Source: an uncultured Gammaproteobacteria bacterium
GTDB taxonomy: Bacteria; Cyanobacteriota; Vampirovibrionia; LMEP-6097
Direction of reading: 5' to 3'
Assembly (NCBI GenBank): GCA_964512985.1
Contig: CAZELI010000010.1
Coordinates: 2,945-66,944 of the forward strand
DNA length: 64,000 bases
Shown piece after piece: positions 9,118 through 18,559 of this stretch. A program made the position numbers and the translations under genes. Numbering within the stretch: the stretch's first letter is position 1; every line of letters starts with the position of its first letter. Below the pieces are notes generated by a model, which saw only the letters and a program-made list of their open reading frames with translations, was not told the origin of the DNA and searched no databases.

Positions 9118-10337
9118 AACGCCCACTCTAAATCAGCAAGCAAATCTTCTACATTCTCTATCCCAATAGACAAACGAATAAGATTGTCATTGATCCCCAA
9201 TTCCTTACGGCGAGGAGCAGGGACAGCAGCATGAGTCATGCTTGCAGGATGTCCGATTAAACTTTCTACACCACCCAGTGACTCAGCAAGCTGAAACACT
9301 CTAGTAGAACTTACTAACTTCTTCACTTGGTCGATGTTACCGTCAAACTCAAAGGACAACATTCCATTATAACCAGACATCTGTCGCTTATATAATTCGT
9401 GTTGTGGATGAGATGGCAAGACTGGACAGAATACCTGCGCAACTTTAGGGTGCTTCTCGAGCCACTCAGCGACTGCAACACAGTTACTATGATGCTGGCG
9501 CATGCGAATAGCAAGTGTCTTAATTCCTTTCATTAATATCCAGCAATCAAAAGGTCCTGCGACAGAACCAGTGGCGTTTTGGTAATAAGCAAATCTTTCT
9601 GCAAGCTTAGGGTCTTTCACCACTACTGCACCAATAAGCACATCAGAATGTCCGCCAAGATACTTGGTACCAGAATGCAAGACTATGTCTACACCTAGGT
9701 CTAAAGGACGCTGCAAGAAAGGACTGGCAAAAGTATTATCAAAGCCAATCAAAATGCGGTCTTCAGCAGAACGTTTCTGATTTAATTCAGAGATAGCTTT
9801 CACTATAGCAGCGATATCGCATAATCTCATCAATGGATTAGTCGGAGATTCAAGCCAAACCAGACGAGTATTGGGTTTAACCGCAGCAGTAATCTTACTA
9901 ATATCACGAGCATCCACAAACGAATACTCAAAACCAATCGGTGTCAGGATTTGATCGAAGAGTCTATGTGCTCCACCATATAAATCAGAAGAAGATATAA
10001 CGTGCTGACCTGGTTTAAAAAGCTGCATCACGGCATGAATAGCCGCCATGCCTGATGGATAGACACCTGCATAAATACCGTTCTCTAATGAAGCGATAAC
10101 TTCAGCGCAAGCAGTACGCGTCGGATTACCAGTACGCGAATAACAATAACCTTTATTATCCTCAATGCCAGCCTGAGTATAAGTAGCAGTTTGATATATA
10201 GGGAAAGTAGTAGCGCCAGTAGCAGGATCTGGTGCCTGTCCTACTAAGATAGACCGCGTCTCAAAACCCCAAGTTTGTTCAAGGGATTTCTGGGTTTCTT
10301 GTAATTCTTTACGAGTTTTATGGTCAGCTCTGCGCAT
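9105..10337 (-). CDS. Cys/Met-metabolism PLP enzyme (cystathionine gamma-synthase/beta-lyase family)
   Basis: SGTKYLGGHSD PLP-lysine motif and family-typical length. Confidence 0.85.
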   Translation of the reverse strand: MRRADHKTRKELQETQKSLEQTWGFETRSILVGQAPDPATGATTFPIYQTATYTQAGIEDNKGYCYSRTGNPTRTACAEVIASLENGIYAGVYPSGMAAIHAVMQLFKPGQHVISSSDLYGGAHRLFDQILTPIGFEYSFVDARDISKITAAVKPNTRLVWLESPTNPLMRLCDIAAIVKAISELNQKRSAEDRILIGFDNTFASPFLQRPLDLGVDIVLHSGTKYLGGHSDVLIGAVVVKDPKLAERFAYYQNATGSVAGPFDCWILMKGIKTLAIRMRQHHSNCVAVAEWLEKHPKVAQVFCPVLPSHPQHELYKRQMSGYNGMLSFEFDGNIDQVKKLVSSTRVFQLAESLGGVESLIGHPASMTHAAVPAPRRKELGINDNLIRLSIGIENVEDLLADLEWAFTQT

Positions 10338-10366
10338 AGGGATTAATTATAGCGAAAAGCAGTCAA

Positions 10367-11581
10367 TCATGAGCCAGCTTCTTTAAGCAACCAATCCTCA
10401 AGCTTTATGAACTTAATTTTAGAGTCAGCTATTTGCACTTCAGCAGTTTTATCCATATTAATTAAAATAAGGTTTGAGCATTTTAATTCATTAGCTGCTT
10501 CAATAATAGCCTTGGTCTCTCGTTTATAAGTATCAGGATCATTAATATCATAACTAACTTGTATAAGTTCTATGACCTTAGTACCCTCGCGTAAAACAAA
10601 ATCTGTTTCTTTTTGGTTTGTACTTTGGTAATAAAATAAACTTTCATTTGGCTTAAACCCTCTATTCATCAGCTCTATAAAAACAAGATTCTCAATTAAC
10701 TTTCCCCAGTTCTTAGAAACCTGAAATGCTTTCGCTTCGATAAAGCCATTATCAACAAGATAGATTTTTTTAGGAGCGTTAATTTGTTCTTTCACCTTAG
10801 TGGAATAGCGATTCAAACAAAAAATTAAATAAGCATCGTTTAAATATTGGAGATAGTTTTGCACCGTATGAATACTATTAAAGCCTAGAATATTCTTCAG
10901 TTTATTGAAACTCACTGGAGATGCGAAGTTACCAGCAAGATAGACGAATAAATCCACCAGTTTTTGAGAGAAGCGTAAATTATAACGTTTCACTACATCC
11001 TTAAGCAGAATCGAATCTGCAAGCACAGATAAATAATCTTTAGCATCGTAACCCTTAAGTACTACTTCAGGAAAACCACCCCTCTTAATGTAATCATGGA
11101 TATTACAGAAGGGTTTGGCTTCAGCAAAACTCAAAGGCAAAATCTCAAAAGCAACGTGTCTACCCGTAAGAGAACTAGCAAGTTCTCTACTAAGAAGATT
11201 GGAGTTAGAGCCAGTGAGTATAAGATTGAAACCGCGTCTGTGCAATTTATTAACAAACAACTCCCAATTAGCTAGGTTCTGAATCTCATCAAAAAAAATA
11301 TAATCTGGTTTACTATAAACTTCCAACACCGCTTTCATCAATTCATCAGTATCTTTTAGATCAACTAATTTATCATCATCAAAATTAACATAAGCATAAT
11401 TTTTGCCCTGTAATAACAGATGAGAAAATATTGATTTACCTGCCCTACGTGGTCCAGTTATAACTTTCACTAAATCTAATTGAAGATCTTTTCTCGCAAG
11501 CGGCAGCTTGGCCCTCTCAATAGAACTTGACAGAAGTCGCTGCTTCTCCAACTTATGTTCTTCTAGAATGTCTCGTAACAT
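10367..11581 (-). CDS. AAA+ ATPase, DUF4143-type
   Basis: Walker A GPRRAGKS, Walker B FFDEIQ, and a C-terminal DUF4143-like region. Confidence 0.75.
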   Translation of the reverse strand: MLRDILEEHKLEKQRLLSSSIERAKLPLARKDLQLDLVKVITGPRRAGKSIFSHLLLQGKNYAYVNFDDDKLVDLKDTDELMKAVLEVYSKPDYIFFDEIQNLANWELFVNKLHRRGFNLILTGSNSNLLSRELASSLTGRHVAFEILPLSFAEAKPFCNIHDYIKRGGFPEVVLKGYDAKDYLSVLADSILLKDVVKRYNLRFSQKLVDLFVYLAGNFASPVSFNKLKNILGFNSIHTVQNYLQYLNDAYLIFCLNRYSTKVKEQINAPKKIYLVDNGFIEAKAFQVSKNWGKLIENLVFIELMNRGFKPNESLFYYQSTNQKETDFVLREGTKVIELIQVSYDINDPDTYKRETKAIIEAANELKCSNLILINMDKTAEVQIADSKIKFIKLEDWLLKEAGS

Positions 11582-11597
11582 GCAATATTTACATTAT

Positions 11598-11627
11598 ACT
11601 GCACAAAAACAGCTAATTTTGTGCAGT
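11598..11627. promoter_or_regulatory. 11-bp-stem inverted repeat abutting a TATAAT just upstream of the ATPase gene
   Basis: ACTGCACAAAA-N8-TTTTGTGCAGT. On the minus strand it is followed directly by TATAAT, with the ATG 11 nt later. It could also terminate the upstream lipoprotein gene. Confidence 0.45.
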
Positions 11628-11710
11628 ACGGTAGGTTAAATGCATGAAATTAGACTTATTTAGAAAGAGTGCCTGCTTTCTGCTCTGCTGCCTTAGGTTG
11701 TTGTGGGTTT

Positions 11711-12307
11711 TCAATATAGAAGTTCAAGCTTAGGTTCGGGCTTTTTAGCTGGGGGCCCGTCTTCTATTATTAGGAGGGGTTTCTCGTTAAATTCCCTTTG
11801 TATCGGACCGCGGTCTGATTCCTCAACAGCTTCAGGACGCAGACTATTTACAACTAATTCTGATAATGGTGATAAAACAGGAAGAGAACTCCGAAAAGGA
11901 ATAATAGCTGCTTGACCCAAAAATTCTCCAATGTCTCTCATTTGTGGACCCTTTTCAGTTAGCTGTTTTTCGAGCATCCTTGGGCTTTCTGCCGCTGCAC
12001 CTTTTATTGCGCTTCTTGTTGGATTCGGTGCATGAAGTTTATCAATGACTTCCTTTGAAGGTTGATTAAGATCTTTAAGATTTAGATTATCAAATATAAT
12101 CTTGGGTTTCTCATCATTAATCACCGAAACTGAAGCCTCTGGGCCCTCGTGCTGTTCTTTAAGTATCCTTTCGCTTTCTGTCGCTATATCTACATCTTGA
12201 ATTGTACTTCTATTAGCAGGGGTCTTCACAGGTTCGACGGATGGAGAGCAGCCAGCTATTGTTGACAAGAAAGATACAGCCGCAGCAGCAGGTAATGATA
12301 ATTTCAT
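11711..12307 (-). CDS. Putative lipoprotein, unknown function
   Basis: Signal peptide with lipobox (LSTIAGC). No recognised domain. Confidence 0.6.
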   Translation of the reverse strand: MKLSLPAAAAVSFLSTIAGCSPSVEPVKTPANRSTIQDVDIATESERILKEQHEGPEASVSVINDEKPKIIFDNLNLKDLNQPSKEVIDKLHAPNPTRSAIKGAAAESPRMLEKQLTEKGPQMRDIGEFLGQAAIIPFRSSLPVLSPLSELVVNSLRPEAVEESDRGPIQREFNEKPLLIIEDGPPAKKPEPKLELLY

Positions 12308-12402
12308 AATTAAAATAATGCCTTAACTTAACCTTAAAGTCAATCAAAAGTAGATTCTTATCTCCATAAGGTTTAGCCCGATAATAGGGAATAACTATAT
12401 AC

Positions 12403-13884
12403 ATGAACTTTCTTTTTGCCTTGGATAACATAGGTGGAATTCTAATTATCTCCGTTGTGGGCCTGATAATTGCTGTGGGCATTAATGATGTATTACAAAC
12501 TAAACATGCAATTAAACGTAACTTTCCTGTGATTGGGTTTATGCGTTACGCACTTGAGTTCATTGGACCAGAGCTACGTCAATATCTCTTCCATGATGAG
12601 CGCTCAGATCGTCCTATTCCTCGTTATATCAGAACCTGGGTTTATGCTCACTCTAAAGAACAGCTTGGTACAGTAGCCTTTGGAACTAAGAAGGATCTCG
12701 ATAAACCAGGCACCATCCTGGTTAGACATAGTCATTTCCCAATTAATCCAACTAAGGAAGAAGCTCGCTATGATCATCGTGTTGTCATCGGTGCGCATCG
12801 TCGCTATCCCTACGAAGCTTCCATCTTCAATATCTCCGCCATGTCCTATGGTGCTCTCGGGAAGAACGCTGTACTAGCATTGAGTCATGGTGCTTATGAA
12901 GGTGGCTTCTATCACAATACCGGTGAAGGTGGTGCTTCTCAGTATCACTTCGAAGGTGGCGCAGATCTAGTGATGCAAATCGGTACTGGTAAGTTTGGAG
13001 TAAGAAATCCCGATGGTTCTTTCTCTGAAGAAAAATTCTTAGACCTAGCTCGCCAACCACAAATGAAAATGTTTGAGATTAAACTCTCTCAGGGAGCTAA
13101 ACCTGGCAAAGGCGGAGTATTACCGAAAGAAAAAATCACCGACGAGATAGCTGCGATTCGTGGAGTACCTAAAGATGAAGATGTAGTTTCTCCACCACGT
13201 CATACTGACTGGCAAGACAATGAAGGCATGCTCAGATGGATTGATAATCTACAGAATAAAAGCGGTAAACCAATCGGCATTAAGTTCTGTCTTGGACGTA
13301 AAGAATATGTTCACGACTTAATTAAAGCAATGAAATATACTGGCATGATGCCTGATTTCATCACAGTGGATGGTGCAGAAGGTGCTACTGGTGCGGCTCC
13401 GCTAGCTCATACTGATTATCTCGGTTACCCACTTAAAGATGCTCTCATGTTTGTGGACAATGCACTAAGAGAAGCTGGGCTCAGAGAAGATATAAAGTTA
13501 ATTGCTTCAGGAAAGATTATCACTGGTGCGGACCTGGCGATAATACTTGCGCTAGGTGCTGATCTAGCCCAATCAGCGAGAGGCTTTATGCTAAGTATGG
13601 GATGTATACATGCACTGAAATGCAACACTAATCATTGCCCCGCAGGAATAGCAACACATGATCAATGGTTACAACGTGGATTAGTAGTAACTGAGAAATC
13701 TCCGCGTGTAGCTAACTATCATGACGCAGTAATTTATGAATTTAATAGCGTGCTTCATTCTTGTGGTTATAAATATCCTCACGAGCTTAAACGTAGTGAT
13801 GTAATGAAGGTCGTAGATTATAACAAGATAGTAACTATGGAGGAATTGATTCCTCAGCCACCATTAAAGGCTTGTTTAGAATGA
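12403..13884 (+). CDS. FMN-binding glutamate synthase family protein (GltS domain-2-like)
   Basis: N-terminal TM segment, ISAMSYGALG and NTGEGG motifs. Confidence 0.85.
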   Translation: MNFLFALDNIGGILIISVVGLIIAVGINDVLQTKHAIKRNFPVIGFMRYALEFIGPELRQYLFHDERSDRPIPRYIRTWVYAHSKEQLGTVAFGTKKDLDKPGTILVRHSHFPINPTKEEARYDHRVVIGAHRRYPYEASIFNISAMSYGALGKNAVLALSHGAYEGGFYHNTGEGGASQYHFEGGADLVMQIGTGKFGVRNPDGSFSEEKFLDLARQPQMKMFEIKLSQGAKPGKGGVLPKEKITDEIAAIRGVPKDEDVVSPPRHTDWQDNEGMLRWIDNLQNKSGKPIGIKFCLGRKEYVHDLIKAMKYTGMMPDFITVDGAEGATGAAPLAHTDYLGYPLKDALMFVDNALREAGLREDIKLIASGKIITGADLAIILALGADLAQSARGFMLSMGCIHALKCNTNHCPAGIATHDQWLQRGLVVTEKSPRVANYHDAVIYEFNSVLHSCGYKYPHELKRSDVMKVVDYNKIVTMEELIPQPPLKACLE

Positions 13885-14255
13885 ATATGTTAGACTTACT
13901 ATCTATCGTGTTTCGGTTCTTATTCTTTATCTTTGGCATTATTAGTGGCTTTATGCTGGCTTTAGTGGTAATACCACTTCCAGGCAAGACGTTTTTTAAT
14001 CGTATGTCTAAGCTGCCAACTAGTGTGAAAGATTTAATTGATAATAGTATTGGTTTAGGCGCTTCCTTAGGTAGATTGGTCTTTACCTTATTTAAGGAAC
14101 TTAATCACAAAGTTCATGAAATTACCACTAGAGCTAAATCCAAAATTACCCAAATTCAAGAGAAGCTAAACAAGGAAAGAAAAGAAACGAGAAGCGCGCC
14201 GAAGAAGGTGCAAAACACAATAAAAAATAATGAGTACGAAGTTAAGAAGAATTAG
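13872..14255 (+). CDS. Small membrane protein, unknown
   Basis: N-terminal hydrophobic segment and a charged C-terminus. Overlaps the previous stop. The exact start is uncertain. Confidence 0.5.
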   Translation: MFRMNMLDLLSIVFRFLFFIFGIISGFMLALVVIPLPGKTFFNRMSKLPTSVKDLIDNSIGLGASLGRLVFTLFKELNHKVHEITTRAKSKITQIQEKLNKERKETRSAPKKVQNTIKNNEYEVKKN

Positions 14256-14269
14256 GTAGAATTTACAAT

Positions 14270-14557
14270 ATGGATATAAGTAGTATGAGCAGTATAGATA
14301 TAGTTCTTGCAGTAAGTTTAGGCCTACTTGCAATAAGCGCAATAGTTTTTTTAAGTTTCTTTATCCCAGTTCTGGTGCAGCTTACCAAGGTATTAAAATC
14401 CCTCAAATCATTAATTGATATCGTTAACAGTTATGTAGAAGGAATTCATAACAAGCTACATAGCGCAAGCGATAGTGTAGGAAAGTTTATGAACTCTGTT
14501 TCAAACTTTGGATCATCTATTACTAATGGATTATTCAATATGTTTTCTAAAAAATAA
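14270..14557 (+). CDS. DUF948-like small membrane protein
   Basis: A single N-terminal TM followed by a helical region, typical of this family. Confidence 0.5.
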   Translation: MDISSMSSIDIVLAVSLGLLAISAIVFLSFFIPVLVQLTKVLKSLKSLIDIVNSYVEGIHNKLHSASDSVGKFMNSVSNFGSSITNGLFNMFSKK

Positions 14558-14618
14558 ATTAGGATCCATCAACTTTAGGTCTAGAGATTTACCTTGTCAG
14601 TGAGGTATAATTATTCTT

Positions 14619-14960
14619 ATGAATAACAATAAAGATAACGGTTTGGGTAAGTTTGTTTGTGGTTTAGGCCTAGGGGCTATAGCTGGTATAGCTGCTGGTT
14701 TGCTCTTAGCTGATAGACCTGGTAGCGAATTAAGAAGAGACATAGAAGCTAATTCTTCTGAGTTCCTCCTTGGACTAAAAGATAAACTTGATGAGCTTAA
14801 AGATCAAGCATCTGATACTATGCGCGAGTTCAAGGGCTTTGCTGATGAAAAGCTTAAAGTTACAGCGAAAAATATTCAGACGCAAGTAGATTCTTTGGGT
14901 AAACAACTTCAAGAACTAACTAATAAACAAGCTGTTGGTAGCTCTACTGAAAGAAATTAA
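14619..14960 (+). CDS. YtxH-like protein
   Basis: GLGLGAIAGIAAGLLLADRPGSELRRDI is a YtxH-type N-terminus, followed by coiled coil. Confidence 0.6.
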   Translation: MNNNKDNGLGKFVCGLGLGAIAGIAAGLLLADRPGSELRRDIEANSSEFLLGLKDKLDELKDQASDTMREFKGFADEKLKVTAKNIQTQVDSLGKQLQELTNKQAVGSSTERN

Positions 14961-14966
14961 TTTCTG

Positions 14967-15926
14967 TTGAGTTTCTATCGCAAACATAAAGTGAAAATTA
15001 TAATGCTAACCCCATTAATTTTGGGGTTAGCGTTTTTTTTGTATAGTGCGATTTCTGCTTTAATAGTTATTAAGGACACCAAGATTTTTGAAGGTGTTAC
15101 TGATGCAAAGTTTGAGATCGGTGATTTTGAGATTCAACAAATCGACGAGAAGACTAATAGTGTTAAATGGTCACTGAAAGCCTCCCAAACGCAATCTGAT
15201 CCTGGGCAGACGCAAGCTAAAATCAATCGTCCTCACTTAGTGTTCTTTAATACACCTCTAGCAGGATCTAAAACTTCTAAACCAAGATTTACTATTACTT
15301 CAGACTTTGCTTCTCTTAATAAATCAGAACAAGAAGTAAATTTATTTGATCATGTAGTACTACTAACAAGTGATGGTAAGTATCAAATACGTTCAGGAAA
15401 ACTGAAATTTAGAGAAGACTTACCAGTTATCGTAGTATCTGATAACTGGACCTTAAATACTGATAGCGGCTATGTTATAGCTGGACAGAAAGGTTTAATT
15501 AATAAGGACTTTAAGTCTATAGTTAGTCAAAATCAAGCAAGCCTAAGTAAAGCATCTGGCGCTAATCCTATTAATATTACGGCTAATGAGATTACGCTAG
15601 AATCTCATGAAGCCCAGAAGGTTATAGCCGAAGGCAATGCTAAGCTGATCATTTCTGCGGCACAAACTCTAATGGCTAATCAAATCATTATCAATGAAAA
15701 CGGCTTAGTGAAAGCTAATGGTGCAGTGCATGTACAAGCTGAGAATTTAAACTGTTATTCTGATAACCTCGTTATCAAACCTAATCCTGATAAAAGTCCT
15801 CAAACCGCCCTCTTCACTGGACACCCGCATATTATTCAAGGAGCTAACACTATTTACGCTGATACCATTACTTATGACTTTGCAACTAAGCAGGCTCAGA
15901 TAGTAGGGAATGTGCATTCGGAGTAG
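14967..15926 (+). CDS. LptC/OstA-like periplasmic protein with N-terminal anchor
   Basis: N-terminal TM plus an OstA/LptA-like repeat pattern near the C-terminus (ADTITYD...AQIVGNVH). TTG start, with alternative starts at 14991 and 15003. Confidence 0.55.
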   Translation: MSFYRKHKVKIIMLTPLILGLAFFLYSAISALIVIKDTKIFEGVTDAKFEIGDFEIQQIDEKTNSVKWSLKASQTQSDPGQTQAKINRPHLVFFNTPLAGSKTSKPRFTITSDFASLNKSEQEVNLFDHVVLLTSDGKYQIRSGKLKFREDLPVIVVSDNWTLNTDSGYVIAGQKGLINKDFKSIVSQNQASLSKASGANPINITANEITLESHEAQKVIAEGNAKLIISAAQTLMANQIIINENGLVKANGAVHVQAENLNCYSDNLVIKPNPDKSPQTALFTGHPHIIQGANTIYADTITYDFATKQAQIVGNVHSE

Positions 15927-15938
15927 GATTACTGTCAT

Positions 15939-16047
15939 GTCATCCTGAGGGAGGGCGTAGCCCGACCGTCAGGATCCACTTTCATTAATAAACTATTCTT
16001 AGTAGTGGATCCTGACGTCGCAACCTACGGTTGCTCCTCAGGATGAC
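15939..16047 (+). repeat. Family A nested-palindrome repeat, copy 1
   Basis: GTCATCCTGAGG...GTCAGGATCCACT-loop-AGTGGATCCTGAC...CCTCAGGATGAC. Lies between the LptC-like and LptA-like genes. Confidence 0.9.
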
Positions 16048-16109
16048 GACAAGGTAGTCCCTCTGCGCTTACAGATACTACATTCTTTGCCTGATATATA
16101 ATGTATTAA

Positions 16110-17126
16110 GTGAAAAAAGTACTACTACTAATTTCCTTATTCATATTACTACCAAGCATAGCTGCTAAACCTAGCCGCCTAGACAAGGTGAAAATTATTT
16201 CTGCAGAACAGTTAAATTACAAGGATGGTAATTCTGTTTTAATTGGTAATGTAAAAATTCAGCTAGGGGAGTTTATGATAGACGCTCCTCAAGTGTTTAT
16301 TGATTCGGACAAGGAAGGTAAAGCTCAGAAAGCCAGATTCGAAAACGGAGTAGTTCTAGATTCTGAGAAATTAAGTATACAAACACCAAGAATGGAATTA
16401 GATGTAGAGAGTTCTATAGTGGAATGTTTCTCTGATGAGACGACGTTAGTACAAACTGATATCTACGGAAAAAACCAAGCCACTATTTTTGCACACTACC
16501 AAGAGATCGACTTAAATAAAGGTTTTGCACGAGCAAGTAGTACACAAGAATCTGAGCAGATTAAGTTTATTTCCAAAGATGTGAATATTAGAGCGAATGT
16601 TATGGAGCTTGAATTTAAGAATGATAAGGATATCCAATACGTTAATTTTCTTACTAATGTTGTTACTCTTACTGATAATCAAAGAATTGAATCCCAAGAA
16701 TTACTTTATTTCCCTCAGTTAGATATGATGAAAGCCTACGACACTGTCAAAGTTCTCTATCTAAAAAAAGACGCACCTAATTATTTATTCTCAGATGCTT
16801 TAATTTATGAGAAGCCTAAACATGTTATATCTGTCTTCTCAAGAGGGATTGACCGTTATGCAGAAATCCATAGCGATGACATTTATGGCAAAGCGAGACA
16901 GATACTAGTGAACCTTGCTGAAGACAATTCTATAGAGAACGCTATTCTCACTGGCAATGCTTACGCCCAACACAAGGATAAATCAATAATGGCCTATGAG
17001 ATACTTTTCGATGCCAAGAAAAAACAATTAGAAACTATAGTTGGCAGACCACATACTCTATTACTTAAAACCGAGAAAGAAGATCTTAAGGCTAATTCTA
17101 AGAAAAAGAAAAAAACTAAAAGGTAA
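16110..17126 (+). CDS. LptA/OstA-like periplasmic protein
   Basis: Signal peptide, OstA-like beta-jellyroll pattern (GNVKIQLGEF, TGNAYAQHKD), Lys-rich tail. GTG start. Confidence 0.6.
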   Translation: MKKVLLLISLFILLPSIAAKPSRLDKVKIISAEQLNYKDGNSVLIGNVKIQLGEFMIDAPQVFIDSDKEGKAQKARFENGVVLDSEKLSIQTPRMELDVESSIVECFSDETTLVQTDIYGKNQATIFAHYQEIDLNKGFARASSTQESEQIKFISKDVNIRANVMELEFKNDKDIQYVNFLTNVVTLTDNQRIESQELLYFPQLDMMKAYDTVKVLYLKKDAPNYLFSDALIYEKPKHVISVFSRGIDRYAEIHSDDIYGKARQILVNLAEDNSIENAILTGNAYAQHKDKSIMAYEILFDAKKKQLETIVGRPHTLLLKTEKEDLKANSKKKKKTKR

Positions 17127-17155
17127 CGTTTCTGGACTTCACACGCTCCTGTTAC
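17123..17155 (+). repeat. Family D 32-bp repeat, diverged copy
   Basis: GTAACGTTTCTGGACTTCACACGCTCCTGTTAC, compared with GTAACGTTCCGACTTCGCACGCTCCTGTTAC at 37839-37869. Overlaps the stop codon of the LptA-like gene. Confidence 0.6.
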
Positions 17156-17171
17156 TCTTTCAACATAAAAC

Positions 17172-17199
17172 AAAAGAGGCTCCTTTCGGAGCCTCTTTT
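17172..17199. terminator. Bidirectional intrinsic terminator
   Basis: AAAAGAGGCTCC-tttc-GGAGCCTCTTTT is a 12-bp stem with A/T runs on both sides, between convergent genes. Confidence 0.8.
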
Positions 17200-17211
17200 A
17201 TAGATTTGTTC

Positions 17212-17439
17212 TTAGCTAGCAACGGCACAAAGCTTTGCAGCTTGTGATCGTCTCTCTTCAGCGAGAAAGCTAGTATTCTTTGGTGGCATATAGAGAAAAT
17301 TACTCCATAATTTACCAAGGAAACTAGACTCCTTAGCCATAGAACGCTCTGTTGTTGATCTGGTGCGAGCTTCGTTCGAAGCCAGCATCGCTGTCCCAAC
17401 ATCCTTGTTAGAGACCCCAGAAAGGGATCTTACGTTCAT
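17212..17439 (-). CDS. Small hypothetical protein (75 aa) or small RNA
   Basis: The ORF ends 12 nt before the strong terminator and is GC-richer than its surroundings. There is no SD and no family match. Confidence 0.35.
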   Translation of the reverse strand: MNVRSLSGVSNKDVGTAMLASNEARTRSTTERSMAKESSFLGKLWSNFLYMPPKNTSFLAEERRSQAAKLCAVAS

Positions 17440-17548
17440 GTCTAAGATTGTAACTGATTATTGGAATAAAAAGCAAGCGGCAAATATTGAGGTATAAAGC
17501 CCTTTATTTTCAATATTATTTTAAATCAATCGGTAGTATGATGGCAAT

Positions 17549-17743
17549 ATGAAAATTTGGCAATTCCAAGAGGCTAAAACAAAGTTCAATCATCTTATTC
17601 GTAATGTACTGACTAAGGGCCGAAAGTTCTTCCTAAAAAAGACCAAGAATACCTTCAATGAATTTATGAACAAATCTCCACTGATGGGGCTTGATTTAGA
17701 TTTCTCGAGAAATAAATCACCCTGTAGAGAAATAGAATTGTGA
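17549..17743 (+). pseudogene. Truncated Phd/YefM-type antitoxin remnant without a toxin partner
   Basis: The N-terminus MKIWQFQEAKTKFNHLI and C-terminus SPLMGLDLDFSRNKSPCREIEL match the usual antitoxin ends, but the middle is about 20 aa short. No VapC-like ORF follows. Confidence 0.5.
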
Positions 17744-17775
17744 ACTTGTAATTTTAAAATTGCTAAAATAGCATT

Positions 17776-18534
17776 ATGCATAAATTTATAGCCGCTCTTA
17801 GTTTAATTATATTGTTTACGACGGGAGTTTCAGCCCATGATCATAGTCCCCCTCCTCGTCAAATTACGGTTACAGGTAAATCCACCCTACAAGTGCCTCC
17901 TGATAAGGCGACTGTGAGGTTTGCGATTATTACCAAGGACAAGAAAGCCGAGAAAGCAAGAGAAACCAATGAGTTAATTTCTAAAGAAGTCTTAAACTCG
18001 GTTAGAGAGCTTGGTGTCACTGAACAAAATATGCAACTTCAATCTCTTAACATTAATGAAGAACAAAAATATAACGCTAAAACTCAAACTTATGAACCAG
18101 ATGGCTATAAAGCATCACGTAGCTTCATCGTAGAATTACGTGATTTAGATAAATTATCGGGTGTTATTGCTGCGGTTATTAGCCATGGTTCTAATGATCT
18201 TAGTGGCGTAGAATACGGACTAAAAGACCCTGCAGCATTACGTATGAAGGCATTGAAAGAGGCCACTGCCCATGCCGCCGAGAAAGCTGACCTCATGTTA
18301 GAGCCACTTGGTGAGAAGCGTGGAACAGTTCTAAGTATTGAGGAAGTATCGGATCGTTATATTGGCTATCCAGAAACAAGCTTCAAACAAGCTAGAGTTA
18401 TGTCAATGGCAGCTGATGCAGCTCCACCAATCGCAGAAGAAGACTCCTTCGCGCAAGGACATATAGAAGTAGAGGCTTCTGTTAAGGCGGTATTTACGAT
18501 AGGTAATGATAAAGCTGCGAAGTTAACGGAATAA
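17776..18534 (+). CDS. SIMPL/DUF541 periplasmic protein
   Basis: Signal peptide and ITVTGKSTLQVPPDKATVRFAI, the typical SIMPL start. Confidence 0.8.
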   Translation: MHKFIAALSLIILFTTGVSAHDHSPPPRQITVTGKSTLQVPPDKATVRFAIITKDKKAEKARETNELISKEVLNSVRELGVTEQNMQLQSLNINEEQKYNAKTQTYEPDGYKASRSFIVELRDLDKLSGVIAAVISHGSNDLSGVEYGLKDPAALRMKALKEATAHAAEKADLMLEPLGEKRGTVLSIEEVSDRYIGYPETSFKQARVMSMAADAAPPIAEEDSFAQGHIEVEASVKAVFTIGNDKAAKLTE

Positions 18535-18559
18535 AATTTCAAAACAAGTGGCTAATTTC

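Noticed and set aside
8949-9131. 60-aa plus-strand ORF with repeated LSINILK...YKIEL
   Set aside because: It is a translation artefact of the 45-bp tandem repeat, and it is antisense to the end of the PLP-enzyme gene.
17160-17402. 80-aa minus-strand ORF overlapping the small ORF 17212..17439
   Set aside because: It reads through the strong terminator hairpin at 17172-17199, so it is unlikely to be translated.
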